In this document: piece after piece, positions 11,378-18,891 of the stretch
How the letters are laid out: every line of letters begins with the position of its first letter
Numbering within the stretch: position 1 is the first letter of the stretch
DNA from: Copranaerobaculum intestinale
GTDB lineage: Bacteria; Bacillota_I; Bacilli_A; Erysipelotrichales; Erysipelotrichaceae
Length of the DNA: 32,000 nt
Reading direction: 5' to 3'
Assembly (NCBI RefSeq): GCF_009831105.1
Contig: NZ_WUUQ01000001.1
Span: 270,001-302,000, forward strand
Position numbers and translations under genes: made by a program
The notes under the pieces: generated by a model
What the model was told of the DNA's origin: nothing
The model's database searches: none
The model's input: the letters and a program-made list of their open reading frames with translations, nothing else

Positions 11378-11406
11378 ATTTTACAAGAGATATATGTATA
11401 TATCAA
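11378..11406 (-). promoter_or_regulatory. sigma-A-type promoter of the pur operon
   Basis: Minus strand: TTGATA (11406-11401), 17 nt spacer, TAAAAT (11383-11378). This places the TSS about 13 nt before riboswitch P1. Confidence 0.6.
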
Positions 11407-11463
11407 GGAGAAAATCAGAAATTCCCACATGAAAAAGATTGTATTTTAGTGTAAGCATTTCCA

Positions 11464-11793
11464 TTATTTTTCTCGTAAAGCGCGATATGTTGCGATCATA
11501 GTAAGAACAAAAATGAATACTACACTTTGCTTCGTGATGATCCATTCCAAGTGCGGATTCTCAAATAAACCAAGCAGAACACCAATACTGATTCCTGCAA
11601 ATAAGAAGAGATCCACGAAAAAACGCTGTCCCGTTCCATACATCACCCATTCAAGCGCAACCATCATGGTAAGCATCAGCAGTATCATTCCGGCATGAAA
11701 AACCAAGACGAAATTTGGTACACAAAAGACTGACAGCAATATAATTCCAATAAATCCAAACGTATAGATCATCATTATCTGTTTGTATCTCAT
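11464..11793 (-). CDS. small integral membrane protein, function unknown
   Basis: About 109 aa with three or four hydrophobic helices. I trimmed the start from the track's TTG at 11817 to the ATG at 11793 (MRYKQIMMIY...), which has an AAAGGAGG RBS 8 nt upstream. I recognise no family. Confidence 0.6.
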   Translation of the reverse strand: MRYKQIMMIYTFGFIGIILLSVFCVPNFVLVFHAGMILLMLTMMVALEWVMYGTGQRFFVDLFLFAGISIGVLLGLFENPHLEWIITKQSVVFIFVLTMIATYRALREK

Positions 11794-12166
11794 AAGCCAA
11801 GCCTCCTTTACAAGCAAATTGACTATGATTCCATCTTCACCTATAAATTTTATAATATGAATATAAATATATTTCAGATATTAAGATATGCAAGAGGATT
11901 AATCTAATATTTGTCTAAGTGGTGATTTGCCAAAAAAATTTGAATAACTATATTTCTATATAATACCTTTATCCATCAATTGTAAAGTAAAAACAATGAT
12001 CATAGTACGAAATGCTATTACATATTCAAAACATTAAACCGAAAGAAATGAAACGATCCCTCTTAAAAAGCATAAACTCACTTATTTCATATGTATGTCA
12101 GTTAACTCTAATTTTTATCTGGTTATCACTATCTAAATTTTATTGTTACATACTTTAAATGTATAG

Positions 12167-12195
12167 TTGACAAACTTGTTATAATAACTTAGAAT
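12167..12195 (+). promoter_or_regulatory. sigma-A-type promoter of the GntR/PTS locus
   Basis: TTGACA (12167-12172), 17 nt spacer, TAGAAT (12190-12195), 33 nt upstream of the GntR start. Confidence 0.65.
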
Positions 12196-12209
12196 GTTGT
12201 TATAATAAG
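12176..12209. promoter_or_regulatory. two candidate GntR/HutC operators (direct repeat of a short palindrome)
   Basis: The 12-nt sequence TTGTTATAATAA occurs at 12176-12187 and again at 12197-12208, offset by exactly 21 bp. Each copy contains a GTTAT-A-ATAAC/G palindrome (12178-12188, 12199-12209) of the GT...AC type used by GntR-family proteins. The first lies in the promoter spacer and the second just after the -10. Confidence 0.5.
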
Positions 12210-12227
12210 TGTGAAAGGGGTTTCTTT

Positions 12228-12971
12228 ATGGCTGTGATTGACAAGCAAACAAACGTGCCAATGCACGCACAACTATATCAGATTCTTCAAAAGCGTATCA
12301 CTGAGGGGGTATATCCCGTTAATAGTGTTATGCCTTCCGAAGCAGATATACAGTCAGAATTTGAAGTAAGCCGAATTACCGTACGCCGGGCTGTCAGTGA
12401 TCTTGAACGTGATGGCTACGTTCGCAAGAAACGTGGTTCCGGCACAATTGTTCTGCCACAGAAGACTTATCATGACCGATTCCAATTCACTGGGTATAGC
12501 GAGGATGCGATTGCGCACGGGAATCATCCTGGTTCCATCGTGCTGGAATGCGTTGATCTTCCCGCCGACATCCGCGTTAGTGAGATGCTGAAAGTAGAAC
12601 CTGGGGAAACCGTTACCTATTTAAAACGACTGCGTTTATTGAACGGAAAAATCAATGGGCTGCATGAAACCTATATCTCACATCGTTATGATTTTAGGAT
12701 CAGGATAACGGATTTTGATTCCATGACATCGCTATACGATTATTATGATAAGCATGGCATCATACTGGACAGTGCGGATGAGAGTATCTCCGCAAAAATG
12801 CCGAATTCGGCAATTCGTAAAGAGCTATATATGGACGAGAATCAACCCGTGTTTTATCGAGAGCGTGTTACGTATGACAGTAAAGGAGGGGTTGTGGAAT
12901 ACTCTCGAAACTATTATCGTGCAGACGACTATAACTATTTTGTTCATTTGACGAAAGACAAAGTAAATTGA
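12228..12971 (+). CDS. GntR-family transcriptional regulator, HutC subfamily (wHTH + UTRA effector domain)
   Basis: 247 aa. N-terminal motif LPSEADIQSEFEVSRITVRRAVSDLERDGYVRKKRGSGTIV is the GntR wHTH. The C-terminal ~160 aa have the UTRA-like pattern. AAAGGGG RBS. Confidence 0.88.
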   Translation: MAVIDKQTNVPMHAQLYQILQKRITEGVYPVNSVMPSEADIQSEFEVSRITVRRAVSDLERDGYVRKKRGSGTIVLPQKTYHDRFQFTGYSEDAIAHGNHPGSIVLECVDLPADIRVSEMLKVEPGETVTYLKRLRLLNGKINGLHETYISHRYDFRIRITDFDSMTSLYDYYDKHGIILDSADESISAKMPNSAIRKELYMDENQPVFYRERVTYDSKGGVVEYSRNYYRADDYNYFVHLTKDKVN

Positions 12972-12987
12972 AGAGAGGAGGAATTGA

Positions 12988-13719
12988 ATGAAGATATATG
13001 ATGTTCACGCACATCTGGGAAAAACAAGCTCCGGTGAATCAAACAGCGCCGCCATGCTGGTGGAAGAGTTGAAGAGTTTCGGCATTTCCAAGGTGGGGAT
13101 CAGTAGTTTATCCGGTACGGTAACCAAAGAACAGAACGATCTGGTTCATGATGCCATGACAGAATTTCCGGAATTTATTAAAGGGTATGCATTCATCAAT
13201 CCAAAAGCACCCGATGTTTATGAAGAAATTGAACGCTGTCTTGGTTTATATAACATGAATGGTGTGAAATTTCATCCTTGGAAACATGGTTATTATTCCG
13301 ATAACTGCTCCCAAATTGACGGTGTGCTGAGTGCTATTGAGAAATATGGTGTTCACATTCAGGTTCATGTAGGAACTAGTCCGCTGTGTACACCATTCCC
13401 ATGGATTCGTTATGCTAAACGTCACCCGAATTTGCGTGTACTATTCACTCACATGGGATGCCGAGAATTCGGTTACAGTACGATTGAAGCAATCAAGAAT
13501 GTAGAAAACATTGTAGTGGAAACATCCTGTCAAAATGAAGTTGAGAACCTGAAGCTTGCGGTTAAGGAGCTTGGTTCAAAACGCATTGTACTTGGAACGG
13601 ACTGGCCGTACAAGCCAACGAATATGGAAATTGAAAAAATGTACATGTTAGGTTTATCAGAAACTGAACTCGAAGATGTTATGTATAAGAATGCTGAATT
13701 ACTTTGGACAAAAAAGTGA
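12988..13719 (+). CDS. small metal-dependent hydrolase, amidohydrolase-fold (Amidohydro_2-like), copy 1
   Basis: 243 aa. The ligand pattern is complete: HxH near the N-terminus (DVHAHL), later His motifs (IQVHVG, LFTHMG) and a C-terminal Asp motif (LGTDWPY). GAGGAGG RBS. Confidence 0.75.
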   Translation: MKIYDVHAHLGKTSSGESNSAAMLVEELKSFGISKVGISSLSGTVTKEQNDLVHDAMTEFPEFIKGYAFINPKAPDVYEEIERCLGLYNMNGVKFHPWKHGYYSDNCSQIDGVLSAIEKYGVHIQVHVGTSPLCTPFPWIRYAKRHPNLRVLFTHMGCREFGYSTIEAIKNVENIVVETSCQNEVENLKLAVKELGSKRIVLGTDWPYKPTNMEIEKMYMLGLSETELEDVMYKNAELLWTKK

Positions 13720-13741
13720 CTCGGTGGGAAAGGAGAAAACG

Positions 13742-14233
13742 ATGAATATCACGGTAATGCGAATTGATGATCGTTTGATTCACGGACAAATCGTTACCAA
13801 ATGGATCGATTATGCCAATGCGAAAAAAATCATTGTGGTAGATGACAAGGCGGCCGGCGATCCGATGCAGCAGATGCTTTTGAAGCTTGCGGTGCCAAGC
13901 GGCGTAAAACTGGAAATTTTAACTAAGGCTGATGCATTAAAAATGATTCAGGAAGATACTTCTTCCATTAACGTGCTGCTGATGGTGAGAAATCCTAAAG
14001 AAGCAAATTCTCTGCTGGAAATGGGTCTAAAGGTTGATACGATCAATGTCGGAAACATCAGCAATTCCAAATCCGAAACCGGTCGAAAAAAGATGCTGGA
14101 TTTCATTTACCTGGAACAACAGGATGTGGAAGAATTACAGTCGATCGGAGCCAAAGGTGTGACATTGGAAATTCGTGCCATTCCTACCGATCGCAGTAAA
14201 GATATATTGGAATTGATCAAAAAGCACTATTAA
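13742..14233 (+). CDS. PTS mannose/sorbose-family EIIB component
   Basis: 163 aa starting MNITVMRIDDRLIHGQIVTKW, the phospho-His motif of Man-family IIB. I moved the start from the track's 13676 to the ATG at 13742, which follows an AAAGGAG RBS. Confidence 0.9.
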   Translation: MNITVMRIDDRLIHGQIVTKWIDYANAKKIIVVDDKAAGDPMQQMLLKLAVPSGVKLEILTKADALKMIQEDTSSINVLLMVRNPKEANSLLEMGLKVDTINVGNISNSKSETGRKKMLDFIYLEQQDVEELQSIGAKGVTLEIRAIPTDRSKDILELIKKHY

Positions 14234-14280
14234 TATATAGATTAATCGAGAACTATCAAAATAATAGGAGGATATGAAAT

Positions 14281-15027
14281 ATGAGTTTGTTATTGCAAGC
14301 TGTTTTAGTCTCGCTCGTTGTATGGATCGGCTTCCTCGATAAAGCGTTCCTACACACTTTTATTTACCGCCCCATCATTGTTGCCCCGGTCGTAGGATTA
14401 ATCATGGGCAATGTCAGTATCGGCTTAGAAGTCGGTGTCGCAGTTGAAACGATGTTCTTAGCCATGGTCTTCGTTGGAACAGCTGTTCCGCCTGATGAAA
14501 CCGTAAGCTCAGGTTTAGCCGCAGCCTATGCCTGTTTAGCCGGAAGTGCCGCAGTCGGTATCGCTACTGCCCTGCCGATCGCAATCATCGGTCAGATTTT
14601 CCGTCAGACCCGTAACGCGACCATCTATGAGTTTACCGTTAAACGTATGGAGCACTACGCACAGGAAGGTAATACGCACGGAATTATCATGTATACGACA
14701 ATCATTCCAAGTATCATTGAATATCTCTGTTTTGGTTTACCGACTTTTATCGGGGTTTACTTCGGTGCAGAGTACATTCAGGATTTCATCAATTTTATTC
14801 CGAAAGAAGTTATCTCCGGTATCGCAGCGGGAGCCGGCTTGATCGGTGCGGTTGGTGTGGCGCTGCTGCTAGGAACGATCAAGGATAAAACTACCTGGCC
14901 GTACTTCTTGGTAGGATTCTTTGTAGCATCCTATCTGGGCGTCAATATGATTGGTGTTGCCGTTGTGGCAATCGTATGCGTAGCGTTGAATTACTACAAA
15001 GATAAACTATCTCAGGAAGAGGAATAG
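14281..15027 (+). CDS. PTS mannose/sorbose-family EIIC component
   Basis: 248 aa polytopic membrane protein with a Man-family IIC-like sequence (FLDKAF..., GLEVGVAVE, MVFVG). TAGGAGG RBS. Sits between IIB and IID. Confidence 0.85.
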   Translation: MSLLLQAVLVSLVVWIGFLDKAFLHTFIYRPIIVAPVVGLIMGNVSIGLEVGVAVETMFLAMVFVGTAVPPDETVSSGLAAAYACLAGSAAVGIATALPIAIIGQIFRQTRNATIYEFTVKRMEHYAQEGNTHGIIMYTTIIPSIIEYLCFGLPTFIGVYFGAEYIQDFINFIPKEVISGIAAGAGLIGAVGVALLLGTIKDKTTWPYFLVGFFVASYLGVNMIGVAVVAIVCVALNYYKDKLSQEEE

Positions 15028-15036
15028 GAGGATATC

Positions 15037-15888
15037 ATGAGCGAAACTATTAATAACGAGGTTCAGTCTAATGATGTAACACTGACTAAAAAAGATCTCT
15101 GGAAAATATTGATTTATTCATCTGCGATTGAGAGTGGATGTAATGTTACCAAACAGGAAGCTCCTGGATTTACTCAGGGTATGATTCCTGTTATCGAAAA
15201 ATGCTATGATAAGGATGAAGATAAAAAAGAAGCGTATACACGTCATACTCAATTATTCTTAACGGAAGGCCATCTTGCTGAGTTCTGCGTTGGAGTATCC
15301 GCCGCAATGGAAGAACGCTATGCAAATCATCGTGATATTGATCCGGATTCAATCAATGCGGTAAAGGTTGCGCTGATGGGACCGCTTGCCGGCATTGGTG
15401 ATTCGATTATTCATGGCACGCTGCGTCCGATCATGGCAGGCATCGCATGTTCATTAGTAACTGCCAGCTCCAATACCAGTGCACTAGGACCCTTGCTGTT
15501 CTTCATCGTAATGGCTGCGGTAACGCTGACCATTCGTTATCTCGGTGTCTTTAAGGGTTATGAAAGCGGTATGAAGCTGGTTGCCAGCATGCAAGAAGGC
15601 GGTTTGCTGAACAAACTGACAAAATATGCAGCCATCGCTGCCTTCATTGTCTGCGGTGGGTTTATTTCTTCATTGGTTTATTGTTCTACACCGCTTACGT
15701 ATACCAGTGGAAAAACAGTTATCAGTGTTCAAGAAATGTTGGATGGCTTGATGCCTAACCTGATTCCACTTCTGTATACCTTATTGATGTATTGGCTGAT
15801 TAACAAGAAACGCGTTTCTGCAGTCCTGTTGATGCTGGCAACTATGATACTCGGCATTGTCTTGGTTTACTGTGGTATTCTAGCATAA
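15037..15888 (+). CDS. PTS mannose/sorbose-family EIID component
   Basis: 283 aa. Hydrophilic N-terminal region (LTKKDLWKI...) followed by membrane helices, which is the IID architecture. TAGGAGG RBS 9 nt after the IIC stop. The usual SWNYERMQ-type N-terminal motif is divergent here. Confidence 0.85.
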   Translation: MSETINNEVQSNDVTLTKKDLWKILIYSSAIESGCNVTKQEAPGFTQGMIPVIEKCYDKDEDKKEAYTRHTQLFLTEGHLAEFCVGVSAAMEERYANHRDIDPDSINAVKVALMGPLAGIGDSIIHGTLRPIMAGIACSLVTASSNTSALGPLLFFIVMAAVTLTIRYLGVFKGYESGMKLVASMQEGGLLNKLTKYAAIAAFIVCGGFISSLVYCSTPLTYTSGKTVISVQEMLDGLMPNLIPLLYTLLMYWLINKKRVSAVLLMLATMILGIVLVYCGILA

Positions 15889-15918
15889 CTGTATGATTCA
15901 GAAAGGAGGTTTTATCCT

Positions 15919-16647
15919 TTGATTATTGATTTTCACGCGCATTTAATACGCGATATGATAACTAAGCAGTATGATGTAGAAGACTGTCTGAATGATATGG
16001 AGAAAAATCATATCAATAAACGAGTCATTTCGACCTTGGAAGGAAAATCGACACGGGATCAAAACGATTTCATCGCTTCCTTAGTTGATCAGTACCCGGA
16101 TCGCTTTATAGGATGTGCGGCCATTAATCCAAAAGAAGATGACTGTGTAGAGGAAGTAAAACGGCTTACAACGATACCGCAGATCAAGATTTTGGAATTT
16201 GACCCATGGGAGCATGGTTTCTTACCGGAACGCTATTCCTATCACTTGGATCAAATTTTCGAAATTGCTCAGGAGCATGGATTTATTATCAAAATGTTTG
16301 CGGGCTGGGGACCGCGCACGATGCCGGAGCAATGGACCCGTTATTGTTTGAAATTCCCCGACTTAACCTTTGTCGTACTCCACATCGGCGGTATTGATTT
16401 CGGTTATGGAGCGATTGACTTCATTGAAGAAATGCCAAATGTGATGACCGAAACATCTGATCAGACAGAAATTCAGGTTTTGCATAAAGCGTTTAAGAAA
16501 CTGCCAATCCAGAAGATGTTATTTGGATCAAATTATCCGAAGAACTTTACCAAATGCTCCATTGATACCTTCGATTGTCTGCACTTGAGTAAAGAAGATC
16601 AGGCATATATGTTTTATAAAAATGCAGAAGCATTGTTCAAGAAATAG
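15919..16647 (+). CDS. amidohydrolase-fold protein, copy 2 (paralogue of 12988-13719 with altered ligand positions)
   Basis: 242 aa. TTG start 9 nt after a GAAAGGAGG RBS. Collinear with copy 1 (DFHAHL, QND, AINPK, DPWEHG, FGY, ETS.Q.E, YKNAE.LFKK). IQVHVG is replaced by IKMFAG and GTDWPY by GSNYPK. Confidence 0.75.
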   Translation: MIIDFHAHLIRDMITKQYDVEDCLNDMEKNHINKRVISTLEGKSTRDQNDFIASLVDQYPDRFIGCAAINPKEDDCVEEVKRLTTIPQIKILEFDPWEHGFLPERYSYHLDQIFEIAQEHGFIIKMFAGWGPRTMPEQWTRYCLKFPDLTFVVLHIGGIDFGYGAIDFIEEMPNVMTETSDQTEIQVLHKAFKKLPIQKMLFGSNYPKNFTKCSIDTFDCLHLSKEDQAYMFYKNAEALFKK

Positions 16648-16651
16648 TGAG

Positions 16652-16680
16652 AATGGGATAGATTACTCGGCTATCCCATT
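16652..16680 (+). other. intra-operon stem-loop (possible partial terminator or mRNA processing/stability element)
   Basis: AATGGGATAG (16652-16661) pairs with CTATCCCATT (16671-16680) as a 10-bp perfect stem with a 9-nt loop. It is followed by TATATAGAGG rather than a clean U-run. It sits in the 50-nt gap before the eIF2B-like gene. Confidence 0.5.
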
Positions 16681-16697
16681 TATATAGAGGTGAGGAA

Positions 16698-17648
16698 ATG
16701 GATAGAGAAACAATCCGCAGCATGCTGAGTGTTGAAAATCAGCAGCTGTTTGATCAAATTGTTACCGGAGCGGTGCTGGGAGCTGGTAATCATATCAGAA
16801 TCATCGGCAATATTATTTTGAATATTGCTCAAAAAGAAGAGGCTCCCATCGAAATTAAGAAGCAGAAAATTGAAGCAGTCAGTGAATTTTTTAAAGCGAC
16901 CCGCGGCAAATCCAGTTATGCTTTTATCAATGCAATGAATATTATGACATCTTTTCTCCATAAGGAAAACTGTACCGTAGCCGATATAGAAACGGCGGTG
17001 CTGTCTTATGATAAAGGAAACGAAGCGAATTGTGAACGAATCATTACCTATGCAAAACGTGCAGTTGCCGGAAGTAAGACAATTATGCTGTACGACTATT
17101 CCAGCACCGTCGAGAAATTTGTAAAAGCATTGGAGCCGGGCATGGTTATTTATATTCCGGAAAGCCGTACCATTGACGGCGGCCGACCATTTATCGAACC
17201 ATTAAAAAAAGCGAGACATGATCTGCGTTATATTCCCGATGCTTGTATGATGAGCGTGCTGAAAGATTGTGATGCGGTATGTATCGGAGCAGAAACTTTA
17301 TATCCCGACGGCACTAGCTTCAATACCGCCGGATCAGATATTCTGGCTGTGCTCTGTAAAGAGTTCAATATTCCTTATTACGTATTAACGCCCCTTTTAA
17401 AAATTGACATGCGGGCTTTACAGGGAATTTATAAAGATGTGATCGCAGCAGATCTGAAAGTAAAGCTAACAGCGGGATGGGAAGCGGAACAAGCTGATGC
17501 CGTTGACTGTTACAGCATTGAACTGGTTGGGGTAAAACCTCAATACATCTCCGCAGTGATTACTGAAGCAGGTATCCTTCCTCCCGCTGCTGTTTATACA
17601 GAGGCACTTGCTTATCAAGAACGCATTACGAAAGGAGGATCTCTATGA
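16698..17648 (+). CDS. eIF2B-like (IF-2B family; MtnA / ribose-1,5-bisphosphate isomerase-related) protein, divergent
   Basis: 316 aa. Family-typical motif order: TIMLYDYSSTVEKFV, IYIPESR, DAVCIGAETLYPDGTSFNTAGS, IPYYVLTPLLKID. GAGGTGAGG RBS. Confidence 0.7.
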   Translation: MDRETIRSMLSVENQQLFDQIVTGAVLGAGNHIRIIGNIILNIAQKEEAPIEIKKQKIEAVSEFFKATRGKSSYAFINAMNIMTSFLHKENCTVADIETAVLSYDKGNEANCERIITYAKRAVAGSKTIMLYDYSSTVEKFVKALEPGMVIYIPESRTIDGGRPFIEPLKKARHDLRYIPDACMMSVLKDCDAVCIGAETLYPDGTSFNTAGSDILAVLCKEFNIPYYVLTPLLKIDMRALQGIYKDVIAADLKVKLTAGWEAEQADAVDCYSIELVGVKPQYISAVITEAGILPPAAVYTEALAYQERITKGGSL

Positions 17649-18457
17649 ATATGAAAGAGGTTAGGCTGCCGCTGGCATTGGTGATGATTCAGCCGGATCC
17701 GCTGCCGGGCAGCTATCTGCACCAAGGAGACAGCTTTGAAGCGATCCAAAAACGAGTCATGGACGAAGCAGAAATGATCGTGAATACCGGATTTGACGGG
17801 TTCATTTTGCAAAATATGCATGACGGACCGATTGGACAAACCGCAAACCCGGAAACAATTGCATATATGACGGTTCTCGCGAAATACTTAAAGGATCGTT
17901 ATCCTGACAAAGTGCTGGGAATTCTTGTGAATTGGGATGGTGTCGCATCGCTTGCGGCAGCGGCAGCGGCCAACGCGGATTTCATCAGGGTTGAGCATTT
18001 GTATACCGGAGTTGCGGTCGGCAATGTCGGCTTCATGCAGGGTCAATGTCGTGAAATTTGTGAATTTAAGAAACGGCTTGGATTGAATATTCCAGTCTAT
18101 GCCGATGCTCAGGAAGTAAACAGCACGTACGTTGCGCCAAAACCAAAAGTACAGACTGCGGTCGATGTCGTAAAAAGTGCGTTTGCGGATGGACTGTTTA
18201 TCAGCGGTAGTGATACTGAAGAGAGCTTACAGTTGATTAAAGATGTGAAAAAACGCCTTCCCAACACGTTGACGTTTCTAGGCGGCGGAGCGAATGGCGA
18301 TAATATTCGTGAATTAATGAGATATTATGATGGGGTTAGCGTCGCTACTTGGATCAAGAACGGAGACATGAAAAATCCCATTGATCCAAAACGTGCTGAG
18401 ATATTCTTAAAAGAGATTGAAAAAGCCCGTGAAGATCGAAAAAGAGGCAATCTATGA
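17645..18457 (+). CDS. BtpA/SgcQ-family TIM-barrel protein, function unknown
   Basis: 270 aa. The N-terminal pattern ...QPDPLPGSYLHQGDSFEAIQKRVMDEAEMIVNTGFDGFILQNMHDGP matches my recollection of the BtpA signature (LPGSP...GvDgiivEN..D.P). ATGA overlap with the upstream gene. Confidence 0.65.
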   Translation: MNMKEVRLPLALVMIQPDPLPGSYLHQGDSFEAIQKRVMDEAEMIVNTGFDGFILQNMHDGPIGQTANPETIAYMTVLAKYLKDRYPDKVLGILVNWDGVASLAAAAAANADFIRVEHLYTGVAVGNVGFMQGQCREICEFKKRLGLNIPVYADAQEVNSTYVAPKPKVQTAVDVVKSAFADGLFISGSDTEESLQLIKDVKKRLPNTLTFLGGGANGDNIRELMRYYDGVSVATWIKNGDMKNPIDPKRAEIFLKEIEKAREDRKRGNL

Positions 18458-18858
18458 TCGGCATTATTTTGACCGGACATGCCCAATTCGCATCCGGTTT
18501 AACCAGCTCTATGCATTTATTAGCCGGTGAAGTGGAACAGTATGCTTATGTTGATTTTCCCGCAGGTATGGATCAGTATGATCTGTTAGAAAAAATTAAG
18601 CAGGCAAAAGAACAGCTGTCTGACTGTAAGGAATGGATTCTTCTCACTGATATCGTCGGGGGAACTCCCTTCAAAATGAGTGTCCTCTATTCCATGCAGG
18701 AAGAACATGTGCGGGTTCTGACAGGAACCAGTCTGCCATTGTTATTACAGATGGTTCTATCCCGCAGCACGATCAAAAATACCGATGAACTGATTCAATC
18801 TTCGATTAAGGAAGCAGCCGGTTCCATGGTTGAATTTCATGCTAAGGATTATCAATAG
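18454..18858 (+). CDS. PTS mannose-family EIIA component (stand-alone)
   Basis: 134 aa starting MIGIILTGHAQFASGL, the EIIA-Man N-terminal phospho-His motif, with a later DIVGGTPF motif. ATGA overlap with the BtpA-like gene. Confidence 0.88.
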   Translation: MIGIILTGHAQFASGLTSSMHLLAGEVEQYAYVDFPAGMDQYDLLEKIKQAKEQLSDCKEWILLTDIVGGTPFKMSVLYSMQEEHVRVLTGTSLPLLLQMVLSRSTIKNTDELIQSSIKEAAGSMVEFHAKDYQ

Positions 18859-18891
18859 GTCTGTATATTAACTTCTAACTGACAGTTATGT

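Noticed and set aside
11818-12166. Possible catabolite-responsive element (cre) or other structured element in the 400-bp AT-rich gap upstream of the GntR/PTS promoter.
   Set aside because: The candidates (for example TGAAACGATCCCTC and TGTAAAGTAAAAACA) do not fit the TGWAANCGNTNWCA consensus at the central CG. I saw no convincing hairpins or repeats apart from the operators already listed.
16680-16961. 93-aa minus-strand ORF antisense to the start of the eIF2B-like gene. Similar antisense ORFs occur in the aro genes (21648-22226, 22951-23547, 24289-24477, 25273-25521) and in the nrdD/VanY/lipoprotein genes (26039-26881, 27500-27866, 29792-30572, 31117-31464).
   Set aside because: They lie inside well-supported genes on the opposite strand and have no RBS or recognisable motifs. 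They are shadow ORFs.
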